A stretch of DNA of 64,000 nt, from assembly GCA_963681965.1 (NCBI GenBank), contig OY820579.1, positions 2,944,001 through 3,008,000 on the forward strand. Direction: 5' to 3'. Both the position numbers and the translations under genes were made by a program. Origin of the DNA: a bacterium (GTDB lineage: Bacteria; Electryoneota; JAOADG01). The notes beneath the pieces were generated by a model. It saw only the letters and a list, made by a program, of their open reading frames with translations. It was not told the origin of the DNA and did no database searches. Shown here one piece after another: positions 26,815 through 36,678 of the stretch; positions within the stretch are counted from its first letter, which is position 1, and every line of letters starts with the position of its first letter.

Positions 26815-27145
26815 CCGAACGGATGTCTGCAAGACATCCCGCAGATGTGAAAAAGAATAGATTGCGACACTGCGCTTCGCTTCGTTCGCAACGACAAATC
26901 AGGATAGACGCATTTCCGACCGTAGGGGCGCATGGCATACGCCCGAACGGGATGTCTGCAAGACATCCCGCAAATGTAAAAAAAGAATAGATTGCGACAC
27001 TACGCTTCGTTTCGTTCGCAATGACAAGAAACAAATCGTATTTGCGAGCAATGACCGGCGTCAGGCGCTGCCTGCCGCTTGGGGGCGAATGCGATTCGCC
27101 CCTACGAAAAAGAAACAGATAGCGGACTAAAGTCCAACGCTACAA
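26815..27145. repeat. Second REP-like cluster including an ~85-bp repeated unit (26815-26897, 26943-27027)
   Basis: CGGATGTCTGCAAGACATCCCG and AGATTGCGACAC..TTCGCAA(C/T)GACA each twice; GTAGGGGCGCATGGCATACGCCC; GGGCGAATGCGATTCGCCCCTAC. Confidence 0.8.
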
Positions 27146-27196
27146 AAAGAAGATGACAAGATAAAAAGTTAAAAGCCATATGTTCGCCCTGCTACC

Positions 27197-27226
27197 AAAA
27201 AAACCGACTATTCACATAGTCGGTTT
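27197..27226 (-). terminator. tmRNA intrinsic terminator
   Basis: Minus strand AAACCGACTATGTGAATAGTCGGTTTTTTT immediately after the tmRNA 3' end. Confidence 0.8.
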
Positions 27227-27228
27227 AG

Positions 27229-27592
27229 TGGAGGCGGTGGGAATCGAACCCACGTCCGAAGTTAGGTCACCGTTCAATCTACAGGCTTAGGACCGGTATT
27301 ATTTCTCGCTACTCGGGGAGCACTGGTCCGGCTTCCGAATAACCAGCCACCTGAAGTTTTCGAGGGACGCCCGGTGGCGCACGTCCCCTTAGCCCATCGA
27401 AACGACGGCTGTGCCGAACCGGTTAGGCGCGGGTTCGGTTCGCCGAGCGCTTATATCTCTTTAGAGATTAAGCTGCCAGTGCATACGAGTAATCGTTGGC
27501 ACTTCTGAGTGTGGTTGCGTTTTGACGAGGGACAACCATCCCCGGCCTGCATGAATCGACCCCCGTAACCCCGTCGAAGCCAAGTCGCCCCC
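27229..27592 (-). ncRNA. ssrA: tmRNA (transfer-messenger RNA); tag ANDYSYALAA at 27500-27468
   Basis: 5' GGGGGCGACTTGGCTTCGACGGGG; 3' GGACGTGGGTTCGATTCCCACCGCCTCCA with G3.U wobble; tag frame GCC AAC GAT TAC TCG TAT GCA CTG GCA GCT TAA. Confidence 0.96.
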
Positions 27593-27627
27593 CGGTTGAT
27601 ACTGGTCAAAATCGTGTGAAACTGATC

Positions 27628-27671
27628 GATTGCCACGTCATTCGCCTGACGGCGAATTCCTCGCAATGACA
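27628..27671 (-). repeat. Isolated TGTCATTGCGAG...GCAATC palindromic repeat
   Basis: Reverse complement TGTCATTGCGAGGAATTCGCCGTCAGGCGAATGACGTGGCAATC; same family as units in the two REP clusters. Confidence 0.55.
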
Positions 27672-27848
27672 GATTATCGACACTCATTTGATAAGAGTCA
27701 TCATATAGTACGGCGGTTGCAGTCGTTCTGCAATAAATTCCAGAATTGGGAATAGGAGCGTGAGAAAGGTATGACATTCGCTCATCGGCGTTTATGTCGA
27801 ACCGGTAAATAAGACAAAAGAGACTCACTGATTCGTAAGTTAATACGA

Positions 27849-29390
27849 CTACCAATATCGCAGCGGCTTAATCGCATCCAATGCATAGCGAATACGGGAA
27901 GTCAATAGCGGTGCCGCTTCTAGCAACCTCCCCGCTTCCTCTACCGCATATCGCTGTTTCAAAAATTCGGCAAATTCGATCCGGTATTCATCGCGATCCG
28001 GTGCCAATTCCACCGCTTTCAGAAAATGCTCCATCCCATTCCAGAGGAACATCGGCAAGCTCGATCGCGAAAAACCGGGATCATAATCGTGACCCAGTTT
28101 CGTCAATGCATTCGCTGTCGCAAAATGACAATATCCGGGATCGGTCTTTAATTGATCCGGAATAAAATCGCTGCCGAGAATATCGCGCAGTGCCATCCGA
28201 AGCTGCGGAATCGCCGACTTCGGATCATTTTCCAATTCACTCCAGGCTAGCGCGAGCCGCAAGTACATGGACGTTGGAATTGCTTTCACCGCTTGCTGCA
28301 GCGTCGGGGTGATCTTGTCGCGCTGTTCGAGTTGCCATAGCAATGATGCACGATCCAGCCATGTTGCCTCATCGAAGTTCTCAACCGCACCCAATAGGGG
28401 CAATCCCCCATTCAACCAGATTTCCCGCTGCGGATGATTCTGCCAGCGCAATGCCATCCGTACTGGCACACCGGCATACTGCCATTCGGGAATATGAGGA
28501 TGCGATCCTTTCGGAGCCTCTTTCAGATACTTTGCCAATTGCTCGGAGCGATGCGTGAGTAGATGGCGCGAGTTCACCTCGTGCATTCCGGTAAAGCCAA
28601 TACTGGCAGCTTTCGTCGGTCGTGTCAGGATCAAATCGATCTGATCGCGAATAGTGTCCGGATCGTAACTCAGTAGATGTTTATTCTCGACAAACAGACG
28701 CGCCCAACATTGATCGCATTCCTCCGTCAACACCAGCGCACCGCACGCCATTGCCTCGAAGAGCCGTAGATTTACCGAGGGAAACATGTTCTCATTGATC
28801 ACGACCTGCGCGCGGCGGTAGAGATCAGCAACCTCCTGCGCTGAAACATTCCGCGTTCCACCACCATCGACAATCATCACGTCGCAGCACTGCTGAACCA
28901 CTTTTAACAGCGCCGAGCGCTTTGGTCGCCGGGCGCTATCAATTGTACCGACAAACAAAAATGGAATATCGCGCTGCTCCCACTTCCGGTCACCGTGATA
29001 GTACAAATCGCTATCAGCCGAAAGCGGGAGCCATTCGACTTTCATCGCAGGATCGTTATAGAAGCCATACTCATGCGGTTGATCGACCAGTAGCAGCGAC
29101 AAAGCCGGTGCGGCACGACGCATCCAGAACCGGTGGAGCGGTGCATCGGGTAGAAATGTTATAATTGGACATGATAAAGTGTTCAAATCGGCGGGAAAGA
29201 CTACCGGCGAGATCGCACCAGAGATGAATAAAACATCGTCAGGCTGGATGAATTTGGCGATCTCCGGACCAGTCCAAGCTGATAGAGGAAACGGAGTGGT
29301 TGCGTCATCCGGTGTTAAATGCAGCACTTCGAAGCCTAATCGGCGTAACCCCTCAACAAATAATCCATCACCCAATACGACAATGCGCAT
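27849..29390 (-). CDS. GT-B glycosyltransferase (CgeB/Glyco_trans_1_2-like) with C-terminal TPR-like helices
   Basis: WLPLSAD, FVGT, LYRRAQVVIN, NLRLFEAMACGALVLTE, HLLTHR; GGAG RBS before ATG 29390. Confidence 0.82.
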   Translation of the reverse strand: MRIVVLGDGLFVEGLRRLGFEVLHLTPDDATTPFPLSAWTGPEIAKFIQPDDVLFISGAISPVVFPADLNTLSCPIITFLPDAPLHRFWMRRAAPALSLLLVDQPHEYGFYNDPAMKVEWLPLSADSDLYYHGDRKWEQRDIPFLFVGTIDSARRPKRSALLKVVQQCCDVMIVDGGGTRNVSAQEVADLYRRAQVVINENMFPSVNLRLFEAMACGALVLTEECDQCWARLFVENKHLLSYDPDTIRDQIDLILTRPTKAASIGFTGMHEVNSRHLLTHRSEQLAKYLKEAPKGSHPHIPEWQYAGVPVRMALRWQNHPQREIWLNGGLPLLGAVENFDEATWLDRASLLWQLEQRDKITPTLQQAVKAIPTSMYLRLALAWSELENDPKSAIPQLRMALRDILGSDFIPDQLKTDPGYCHFATANALTKLGHDYDPGFSRSSLPMFLWNGMEHFLKAVELAPDRDEYRIEFAEFLKQRYAVEEAGRLLEAAPLLTSRIRYALDAIKPLRYW

Positions 29391-29478
29391 GGAATGCTCC
29401 AAATTGAAACGGTGTTTACAATACGTGATTAAGAGGAATTTACGTATTATCTTCCTAATAAGAAATGGAGCTAGAATT

Positions 29479-30369
29479 ATGCGCGTCGTAACTCGAGCCG
29501 ATCTGGACGGTATTGTCTGTGCCGTGATCCTGAAACGGGTCATCAAGGTGACCGATTATCTGTTTACTGAAGCCTTCCCGCTGCAACATGGCGAAGTGGA
29601 AATTCGCGAAGGCGATGTCATCAATAATTTACCCTATCGGGAAGGGTGTACACTTTGGTTCGATCACCACGCCTCGAATGAACCGAGCGGTGAGATTCCC
29701 GGTAAATGGGCGCTGGAGCCATCAGCAGCCCGCGTCGTTTTCGACAATTATGAGGCACATTCACCGCAAATCCACGCATTCTCAGAGATGGTGCACCAAA
29801 CTGATCGTGTCGATTCTGCGAATATCACTGCCGAAGAGATTGCCAATCCCAGTGGGTTCTTTCTAATCGAGTTAACAATCAATCCTAAGCAGCCCGCCGA
29901 TGAGCCGTATTGGTTACATCTCATTGATTTGATGAATCGGTCCGACGGTAAGGTTGCAGCAATCCTTGCCGATCCCGAAGTCAAGAAACGCACTGATGTG
30001 GTACTTGAAGAAATTGAACAGTATCGCACATTATTAGCGAAACACTCGCAATTGCGTAACAACATCGTAGTAACCGATCTCCGATCGATCGACAAATTGC
30101 CAGCCGAAAATCGGTTCCTGATCTACGGGATGTTTCCGGAAGCGGAAGTCTCGGTAAAACTGGCATCTGTTCGAAGCGACAAAGGGCATCTTGTGAAAAT
30201 ATCACTCGGACGGTCGATCGTGAACCGAAACTCCACCGTTAACTTAGGGGAATTGCTTGCAAAACATGGTGGTGGCGGACATGCTGCAGCCGGTTCGGTC
30301 CATGTTCCCTTTGGCGAAGAAGAACCGGTACTGTCCAATTTATTGTCCGCGCTAATTGTCGAAGTTTGA
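29479..30369 (+). CDS. DHH family phosphoesterase (nanoRNase NrnB/exopolyphosphatase-like)
   Basis: MRVVTRADLDG, WFDHH, PSAARV, GGGGHAAAG; GGAG RBS before ATG 29479. Confidence 0.85.
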   Translation: MRVVTRADLDGIVCAVILKRVIKVTDYLFTEAFPLQHGEVEIREGDVINNLPYREGCTLWFDHHASNEPSGEIPGKWALEPSAARVVFDNYEAHSPQIHAFSEMVHQTDRVDSANITAEEIANPSGFFLIELTINPKQPADEPYWLHLIDLMNRSDGKVAAILADPEVKKRTDVVLEEIEQYRTLLAKHSQLRNNIVVTDLRSIDKLPAENRFLIYGMFPEAEVSVKLASVRSDKGHLVKISLGRSIVNRNSTVNLGELLAKHGGGGHAAAGSVHVPFGEEEPVLSNLLSALIVEV

Positions 30370-30434
30370 TACAGAAACAAATTTTCGAGAAAAACGTATT
30401 ACATTACGTATTGTAAACCCTACGGAAGGTCAAC

Positions 30435-31055
30435 ATGAGCTTAGTTCCTATTGTAGTCGAACAAACCGGTCGCGGCGAACGCGCATTCGACATCTTCAGC
30501 CGCTTGCTCAAAGAGCGCATTATTTTCCTCGGCACCCCCATCGACGACCAGATCGCCTCTCTTATTGTGGCGCAACTTCTCTTCTTGGATGCCGAAGATC
30601 CCGACAAGGAAATCCAACTCTATATCAATAGTCCGGGAGGCATGGTCACGGCTGGACTAGCGATTTACGACACGATGCAACATGTGCGCTCTCCAGTGAG
30701 CACTATTTGCACCGGTATGGCTGCCTCGATGGGAGCACTCCTCCTCACCGCCGGTGAACCGGGTCGCAGATTGGCACTACCCAACAGTAAGATCATGATT
30801 CATCAGCCCTCGGGCGGTGCACGAGGACAGGCGTCCGACATCTTGATCGAAGCGGAAGAAATTTTGAAGATCAAGAAACAATTAAATGGAATTCTTGCAA
30901 AGCACACGGGACAACCGATTGAGGTCATTGATCGCGACACCGACCGGAATAACTACATGACTCCCGATGAAGCACTGAAGTACGGTATCATCGATTCCGT
31001 TCTGGTGAAACAGCCTGTCAGCGATAAAGAAACATCGAAATCGAAAAAGAAATAG
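30435..31055 (+). CDS. clpP: ATP-dependent Clp protease proteolytic subunit
   Basis: [50 protein letters not shown]. Confidence 0.98.
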   Translation: MSLVPIVVEQTGRGERAFDIFSRLLKERIIFLGTPIDDQIASLIVAQLLFLDAEDPDKEIQLYINSPGGMVTAGLAIYDTMQHVRSPVSTICTGMAASMGALLLTAGEPGRRLALPNSKIMIHQPSGGARGQASDILIEAEEILKIKKQLNGILAKHTGQPIEVIDRDTDRNNYMTPDEALKYGIIDSVLVKQPVSDKETSKSKKK

Positions 31056-31072
31056 TATTTAGTTTCAATCGC

Positions 31073-31102
31073 AAAAAGGGAGGTTTTCCTCCCTTTTTTT
31101 TT
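31073..31102 (+). terminator. Intrinsic terminator after clpP
   Basis: AAAAAGGGAGG-tttt-CCTCCCTTTTTTTTT. Confidence 0.8.
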
Positions 31103-31180
31103 ATTTTAGTTGGATTAGTATAGATCCTCGGAGTAGTTTTAAAGATATTTATACCTATCCTTTTTGAAAGCGAGTTCAAT

Positions 31181-32449
31181 ATGATCTCTCCGATGGAAAC
31201 TGCGACCTTCGATTTGGTTACTGGAATTGCCGAGGCAGTCGACCTTATCAATCCAATTGTAGCTAATCATCACAAGAAAGTTGCCTATTTTGCGACAGCA
31301 CTGGCACTTGAAGGCGGATTATCCGAAAAAGAACGCGAGGAGATATTAATTGCAGGAATGTTGCACGATATCGGTGCAATCTCGCTTCAGGAACGGAAGA
31401 ATTTACTCTTCTTTCAAGCAGAACGAACGGTCTCCCACTGCGAAATCGGGTATCGATTGTTGAAGATGTTTCCACCATTTGCGAACATCGCCGAGATCGT
31501 CCGTTACCACCACACACCGTGGCGCAACGGCGAAGGAACGTATCAAAGTGGATACGATATTCCATTATCCAGTCATCTGATTCATTTAGCCGATCGCATT
31601 GCAGTATGCATTGAGCCGAATGAAGATATTCTCGATCAGTCTAATCACATTCTAGCGACCATAATAAAACACAAGAATACGCTGTTTCATCCTGAACATG
31701 TGGAATGGTTTGAAGCGTTGGCAGACAAAGAGTTTTTTTGGTTGGAAGCAACAGTTCCAAACATTGATTACTACCTTCGCAGTCACGTATCGTTAAGTCG
31801 GTATCAGCTTGAAGTCGATGATTTAGTTTCACTTGCACAAGTTTTTGCCCACGTGATAGATTTCAAGAGTACTTTTACCGCGACCCATTCGGCTGGAGTT
31901 AGTGTGGTTGCCGACAAACTGGCACAACTACTTCGATTTCAAGAAGAAGACCGCAAACTGATCCAAGTTGCTGGCTACCTCCATGATATTGGAAAATTAG
32001 CAGTTCCAACGGAAATTCTGGAAAAACCGGGGATGCTCGATCCGAGCGAAATTAATAAGATGCGCCGTCATACATTTTACACAAATTATATCCTCGATCA
32101 CATCAAGGGATTTCAAACGGTAAAAACCTATGCAGCATTGCACCACGAGCATATGAACGGCAAAGGGTATCCCTTCCACTTGAAAGCGGAAGATCTTCCG
32201 TTAGGTACGCGAATTCTAGCGGTAGCAGACGTTTTCACCGCCTTGACTGAAGACCGACCATACCGCACTGGAATGGCAAAAACCGAAACGATGAAAATCG
32301 TTGGCTCGATGGTCGATTCTTATAAACTTGACCCTCAAGTTGTGTTGATTTTATCTGAAAATTATGAGGATATCGACAAAATCCGCGTCGAAGCTCAAGA
32401 CCAAGCTCGAATAGTATACAAGCAACTTGTCGAAGTAGATTACGAATAG
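31181..32449 (+). CDS. Tandem HD/HD-GYP domain phosphodiesterase
   Basis: Two LHDIG motifs; C-terminal HHEHMNGKGYP and VADVFTALTEDRPYR intact. Confidence 0.9.
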   Translation: MISPMETATFDLVTGIAEAVDLINPIVANHHKKVAYFATALALEGGLSEKEREEILIAGMLHDIGAISLQERKNLLFFQAERTVSHCEIGYRLLKMFPPFANIAEIVRYHHTPWRNGEGTYQSGYDIPLSSHLIHLADRIAVCIEPNEDILDQSNHILATIIKHKNTLFHPEHVEWFEALADKEFFWLEATVPNIDYYLRSHVSLSRYQLEVDDLVSLAQVFAHVIDFKSTFTATHSAGVSVVADKLAQLLRFQEEDRKLIQVAGYLHDIGKLAVPTEILEKPGMLDPSEINKMRRHTFYTNYILDHIKGFQTVKTYAALHHEHMNGKGYPFHLKAEDLPLGTRILAVADVFTALTEDRPYRTGMAKTETMKIVGSMVDSYKLDPQVVLILSENYEDIDKIRVEAQDQARIVYKQLVEVDYE

Positions 32450-32473
32450 TAGATTCCTTCGATCAATTTCTCT

Positions 32474-33775
32474 TTGATCGATTTAACTGAGATGATTATG
32501 AGTTCTGCTTTCCAAATTTCCGAATATGAAATCGTCTGTGCGATTGCCGATGCAATCGATCTGATGAGTCCGATCGTTTCGAATCATCACAAACGTGTTG
32601 CATTCATCGCGTCTGCATTAGCACAGATCGGCGATATCCCTGCGAAACAACAACAAGAGTTAATTATAGCGGGATTGCTACACGATATCGGGGCATATTC
32701 TGTTCAGCATCGCGCTGAATTACATGAATTCGACAATAAAGATACGTCACTTCATTGCGAACTCGGATACCATTTTTTAAAAGAATACCCACCGTTTGAA
32801 AATGTTGCCGAGATTGTTCGGTTCCATCACCGACGCTGGAAAAATGGATCCGATCAAAAAATCGATGGAAAGAATGTCAATGAACTGGCACACTTATTGC
32901 ATTTAGCCGATCGCATCGCAATCATGATCAACCAATATGAAGATATCGATCTGCAGATCCCGCGCATCTTGAATATTATTCAAAACGAAGCTGGTTTGAT
33001 GTTCAAACCCGAGCACGTCGACTGGTTCAAAAACTTAGCAATCGATCAACAATTTTGGCACACACTTAATGACGAAAATTTCGAGACTGTTGTAAACAAC
33101 CACATTTCACACGCAAAAGAAGAAATCGAACTGGATCAATTCATTCAATTTTCGCGAATCATCTCTCACATGATCGATTTTAAAAATCATTATGCTGCAA
33201 CACACTCAGTTGGTGTTGCTCAAGTAGCGACTGATTTAGCGCATTTATTAAACTTATCCGAACAAGAATCAAAATTGATTGCGATTGCTGGGTATCTTCA
33301 CGATTTAGGTACACTTGCCGTTCCTGCGGAAGACCTAAAACATAGTGGCGAAACACATCTGCGCGAAGATAAATTGAATCGTCGTTACACATTCTATACA
33401 AAGCAGATAGTCGATCGAATCGACTGGTTGCATAATGTAAAGGCCTATGCCGATATGCGACATTCAATCGACAATGACAAGCAATTTCCCTACAACTTGG
33501 GTGGTGACGATCATTCGATTGCATCAAGAATTCTTGCTCTTGCCGATGTTTATTCTGCTTTTAAAGAATACCGACCAGAGCGGGATGAAGTCTCGCACGA
33601 TGATTTATCGAAATATTTGAGTGGAATGATTTTTAGTGGGCAGCTTGATCCAAGGCTAGTTGAGTTGCTGATGGCGAACATCGACTCGATCGAACAGCAC
33701 CGAAAGTCGGCAGAAGATAGTGCTATGAGTTATTATAAAGAATATTTGAAAATTGCTCAACAAGAGAAGAACTAA
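32474..33775 (+). CDS. Tandem HD/HD-GYP paralogue with degenerate C-terminal catalytic motifs
   Basis: Colinear with 31181-32449; HHE..GYP replaced by MRHS..QFP and RPYR by RPER. Start may be ATG 32492 or 32498. Confidence 0.85.
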   Translation: MIDLTEMIMSSAFQISEYEIVCAIADAIDLMSPIVSNHHKRVAFIASALAQIGDIPAKQQQELIIAGLLHDIGAYSVQHRAELHEFDNKDTSLHCELGYHFLKEYPPFENVAEIVRFHHRRWKNGSDQKIDGKNVNELAHLLHLADRIAIMINQYEDIDLQIPRILNIIQNEAGLMFKPEHVDWFKNLAIDQQFWHTLNDENFETVVNNHISHAKEEIELDQFIQFSRIISHMIDFKNHYAATHSVGVAQVATDLAHLLNLSEQESKLIAIAGYLHDLGTLAVPAEDLKHSGETHLREDKLNRRYTFYTKQIVDRIDWLHNVKAYADMRHSIDNDKQFPYNLGGDDHSIASRILALADVYSAFKEYRPERDEVSHDDLSKYLSGMIFSGQLDPRLVELLMANIDSIEQHRKSAEDSAMSYYKEYLKIAQQEKN

Positions 33776-33792
33776 AAATATTTCTAAACAAA

Positions 33793-35193
33793 TTACTTAC
33801 CTGCTATCGCTTCTTGAATCTCGGTGACTGCGCGTTCACCGGTTTCGAGAGCACCATGTACAGTGCCAAATTGACCATCGCTATGTGTTGCTTCGCCGGC
33901 AAAGAACAGTTTATCATTGACCGCCTCGCCTAAAGCGACTCGTGCATCTCCTTCGCCAATAATTGGATACGAGAATGCTCCTCGAATATAAGGATCTTTT
34001 CCCCAATCGGCGATATGGGATCCGATAAGTGTTTGCGAAGCGGCACCGGGACCAAAGATTCGATCGAGTTCGTTTAAGATTACTTGAATCGCTCCCGAAC
34101 CGAGATTACTCAGATACTCGGCTTTTTCGCCAGCGACATACGCAGTCAGTACATCTCGAGCGGCGCTTCCCCCGGCACGCGCAACTGGATAATAGATCGG
34201 GACAAATCCATCACTGTAAATCGCGCCGGAATCCGGTTCCCAAAAACGGTTCGAGAATTTCAGGAAAATCTTCATTCCCGCACCCATGCCGATTTGATTC
34301 ATTGCGGCAAGTTTTGTCGATGGGAGTGCTGGATAAAACGTGATATCACCATCGCGTAAAACCGGTAAAGGAACTGTGATAATAACTCTTGTAGCCGTAT
34401 AGTGGCTTCCCCGAGCATCAGTCAGTTGAATTGAATCGCTTTCGTAGTTGATCGATTTGATCTGAACATTCAATCTGACTTTAGGAATGATCTGAACCAT
34501 ATAATTCGCAAGCATTGGTAGAAGTGCCGCGTTTTGAACTAAGTAATTAGAATCGCCCGAACTCCACAGTTGTTGCGCATTTGCCAGCCACTTTGCCGAT
34601 ATCCGTCGATTGGAAGCACCATAATCATTGCCAATTCGCGCTTCGAGTAGATGATTTACGCGGATCGCTATCGCTTGCAATTGCGCATAATCGTAGACTG
34701 TGATATCAGCACCATTATAAAGATAGAAATTGTCGATAAACTGATTTAATGCAACATAATCGGGGTCGGAAGTAATTTCAGATTCGGTGCGAAGGAAATT
34801 ATCTAACATTAAATAGGTCGTTAAATCGGGAAGTAATAATGTAGCATGAGATGCTTGAGCGATCTGATACAAAATCGAATCTTCACCACGGATCTCTTCG
34901 GCACCGGTTTCAATTGGAACATCGGTAAAATTTTCTAATGTTCGAACGCGTCCGCCAATTCGATCCGAGGCTTCCAGAATCGTGACATCGATATTTGCGC
35001 GATCCAGTAAATAAGCGGCATAAAGTCCAGCAGCTCCAGCACCGATGACGATAACTTTCTCCGGAGTAGCAGGTTCATTGATGGCGGGATCATCCGACCA
35101 ATTCGACTTTTTGCATGAAGATAGAATTGTCGAAAGTGCAGTCATTGAGGCAGCACTAACCAATATCCGTTTCAATACTTCACGCCGATCCAT
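33793..35193 (-). CDS. Flavin monoamine oxidase family protein, Tat-exported lipoprotein
   Basis: MDRREVLK twin-arginine plus ILSSC lipobox; VIGAGAAGL FAD motif, EASDRIGGR, FAGEAT, GTVHGALETG. Confidence 0.88.
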   Translation of the reverse strand: MDRREVLKRILVSAASMTALSTILSSCKKSNWSDDPAINEPATPEKVIVIGAGAAGLYAAYLLDRANIDVTILEASDRIGGRVRTLENFTDVPIETGAEEIRGEDSILYQIAQASHATLLLPDLTTYLMLDNFLRTESEITSDPDYVALNQFIDNFYLYNGADITVYDYAQLQAIAIRVNHLLEARIGNDYGASNRRISAKWLANAQQLWSSGDSNYLVQNAALLPMLANYMVQIIPKVRLNVQIKSINYESDSIQLTDARGSHYTATRVIITVPLPVLRDGDITFYPALPSTKLAAMNQIGMGAGMKIFLKFSNRFWEPDSGAIYSDGFVPIYYPVARAGGSAARDVLTAYVAGEKAEYLSNLGSGAIQVILNELDRIFGPGAASQTLIGSHIADWGKDPYIRGAFSYPIIGEGDARVALGEAVNDKLFFAGEATHSDGQFGTVHGALETGERAVTEIQEAIAGK

Positions 35194-35313
35194 GGGAATT
35201 CCTTAGCGGGTTGTACATAGCGAGAATGCAGTAACTTTCTATGCAAGTATACCGAAAAGAATGCGAATATTCAATACATCACAAGCAATATGAAGAAATC
35301 TTTCCGCAAAACT

Positions 35314-36549
35314 CTATTTCAGTAATTGAAAACTCTTAACGGTAGTTAGACCATCCCCTTTTAACTGATAGTAGTAGGTTCCCGATGCAAGATCATTTCC
35401 TTGAAAGCGGATCGAATGCTCGCCTGCCGAATAATTATTCTCCGACAATACTCGCACTAATCGACCATTTGCATCGAATATCGAGAGTTTGATCAATCCC
35501 GGTTTGCGAAGCGAAAACGGAATTTCAGTAGCGTTATTAAATGGATTGGGATAATTTTGTGCCAATGAAAAAGTCGTCACCATCGGTTCGACGGTCTCAT
35601 CGATTCCGGTGAAATTCGTAGCAGCGAGCCAAAGCGAGGCGTTCGTAAACAATTTTCCGTGATTTCCACTCGCATCGGTCCAACCGTAATAGAGCTGATC
35701 GCCGGTATCTCCTGTTCCATCGTCGCACGGTGAACTATCGCCAATTCCCACTACTTTTCCGCGACCATACTGCGCATACGCAACCATCACATTCCAATTG
35801 TCTCGCGACGAATACCATACTGCTCCCCGCACCGTCGGATTATTGGTAGTACTGATCGTTAAAGTAGTTCCGGCATCGAAATTGAATTGGGTGACTGTTC
35901 CGGCTGCTCCCCGAATGATCGAGTCCGAAACTGCAGTATCCATTACATAACTGTCGTATGAATAGCTATTTAAATTAAATAACATTCCGAACGGATTCGC
36001 TTGAACCGAATTTGTGCTCATCAAATCATTCCAAGCGTGGGGCGAATCAATACCATCGTTGTTTCGGTCGGAACCATTGTGATCAGCCACCATAAACAGA
36101 CTTCCCCCGGCAGCGACAAAATTGATAATTGCAGATTTTTCGGTTGTACTAAAAGAGCTATTCGGTTCGACAACAACAAAGACATCGTAATTGGACAAAT
36201 CTTGCACATTCGATCGACTGCCGTACGTAATCGCGCCACTAATGGGCAGCGTCTCGATAATATGACCACGTTTCACCAGCTCAACCCCCCAAGACGAAAT
36301 CGCACCGGACCAATAGGTTTCGGGAGTTGAAGCAGTGATTCCCGATTGCGCTGGAGTGGGAATGCGTTGTGGATTTGACTGACCACCGGTCTGAGTATCA
36401 GCATCGATTACCCAATCGGCATTGGACGCCATCTCAGCTTTCGTGGCATCGAACAGGAATTTTCGTGCAAAAGCGGTCTGCTGTAAGTTCAATCCTAGGA
36501 TTACCAGAATTGCACCAATAAAAATTCGAAACATAAGGGGACTGCGCAT
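35314..36549 (-). CDS. Secreted GATase-like/DUF4350-like domain protein with T9SS-like CTD
   Basis: FLFDATKAEMASNADWVID, YDVFVVVEPN, LFMVADH, GDSSPCDDGTG; QNYPNPFN tail; AGGA RBS before ATG 36549. Confidence 0.75.
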   Translation of the reverse strand: MRSPLMFRIFIGAILVILGLNLQQTAFARKFLFDATKAEMASNADWVIDADTQTGGQSNPQRIPTPAQSGITASTPETYWSGAISSWGVELVKRGHIIETLPISGAITYGSRSNVQDLSNYDVFVVVEPNSSFSTTEKSAIINFVAAGGSLFMVADHNGSDRNNDGIDSPHAWNDLMSTNSVQANPFGMLFNLNSYSYDSYVMDTAVSDSIIRGAAGTVTQFNFDAGTTLTISTTNNPTVRGAVWYSSRDNWNVMVAYAQYGRGKVVGIGDSSPCDDGTGDTGDQLYYGWTDASGNHGKLFTNASLWLAATNFTGIDETVEPMVTTFSLAQNYPNPFNNATEIPFSLRKPGLIKLSIFDANGRLVRVLSENNYSAGEHSIRFQGNDLASGTYYYQLKGDGLTTVKSFQLLK

Positions 36550-36678
36550 GGGACTTCCTAAAATCGGTAATTGAGATCGTCTCAATTCTATCGTGATAAG
36601 ATAGGCGCACCAAAGGCGCGCCTTTTAGATTAGACAAATGCTGCTAAACAAAGTTTACTTCAACACAAATATAAGCAA

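Noticed and set aside
25148-27034. Short ORFs within the REP clusters (25148-25664, 26706-27034)
   Set aside because: Translations of palindromic repeats, with no RBS or family motifs.
27841-27852. T7-promoter-like TAATACGACT
   Set aside because: Only a 10-nt match, diverging before CACTATA, with no phage context.
27451-27855. 134-aa minus-strand ORF
   Set aside because: Overlaps tmRNA and a palindromic repeat; no protein-like features.
29179-29546. Long overlapping N-terminal extensions of the divergent GT and DHH genes
   Set aside because: RBS-supported starts at 29390 (-) and 29479 (+) remove the overlap.
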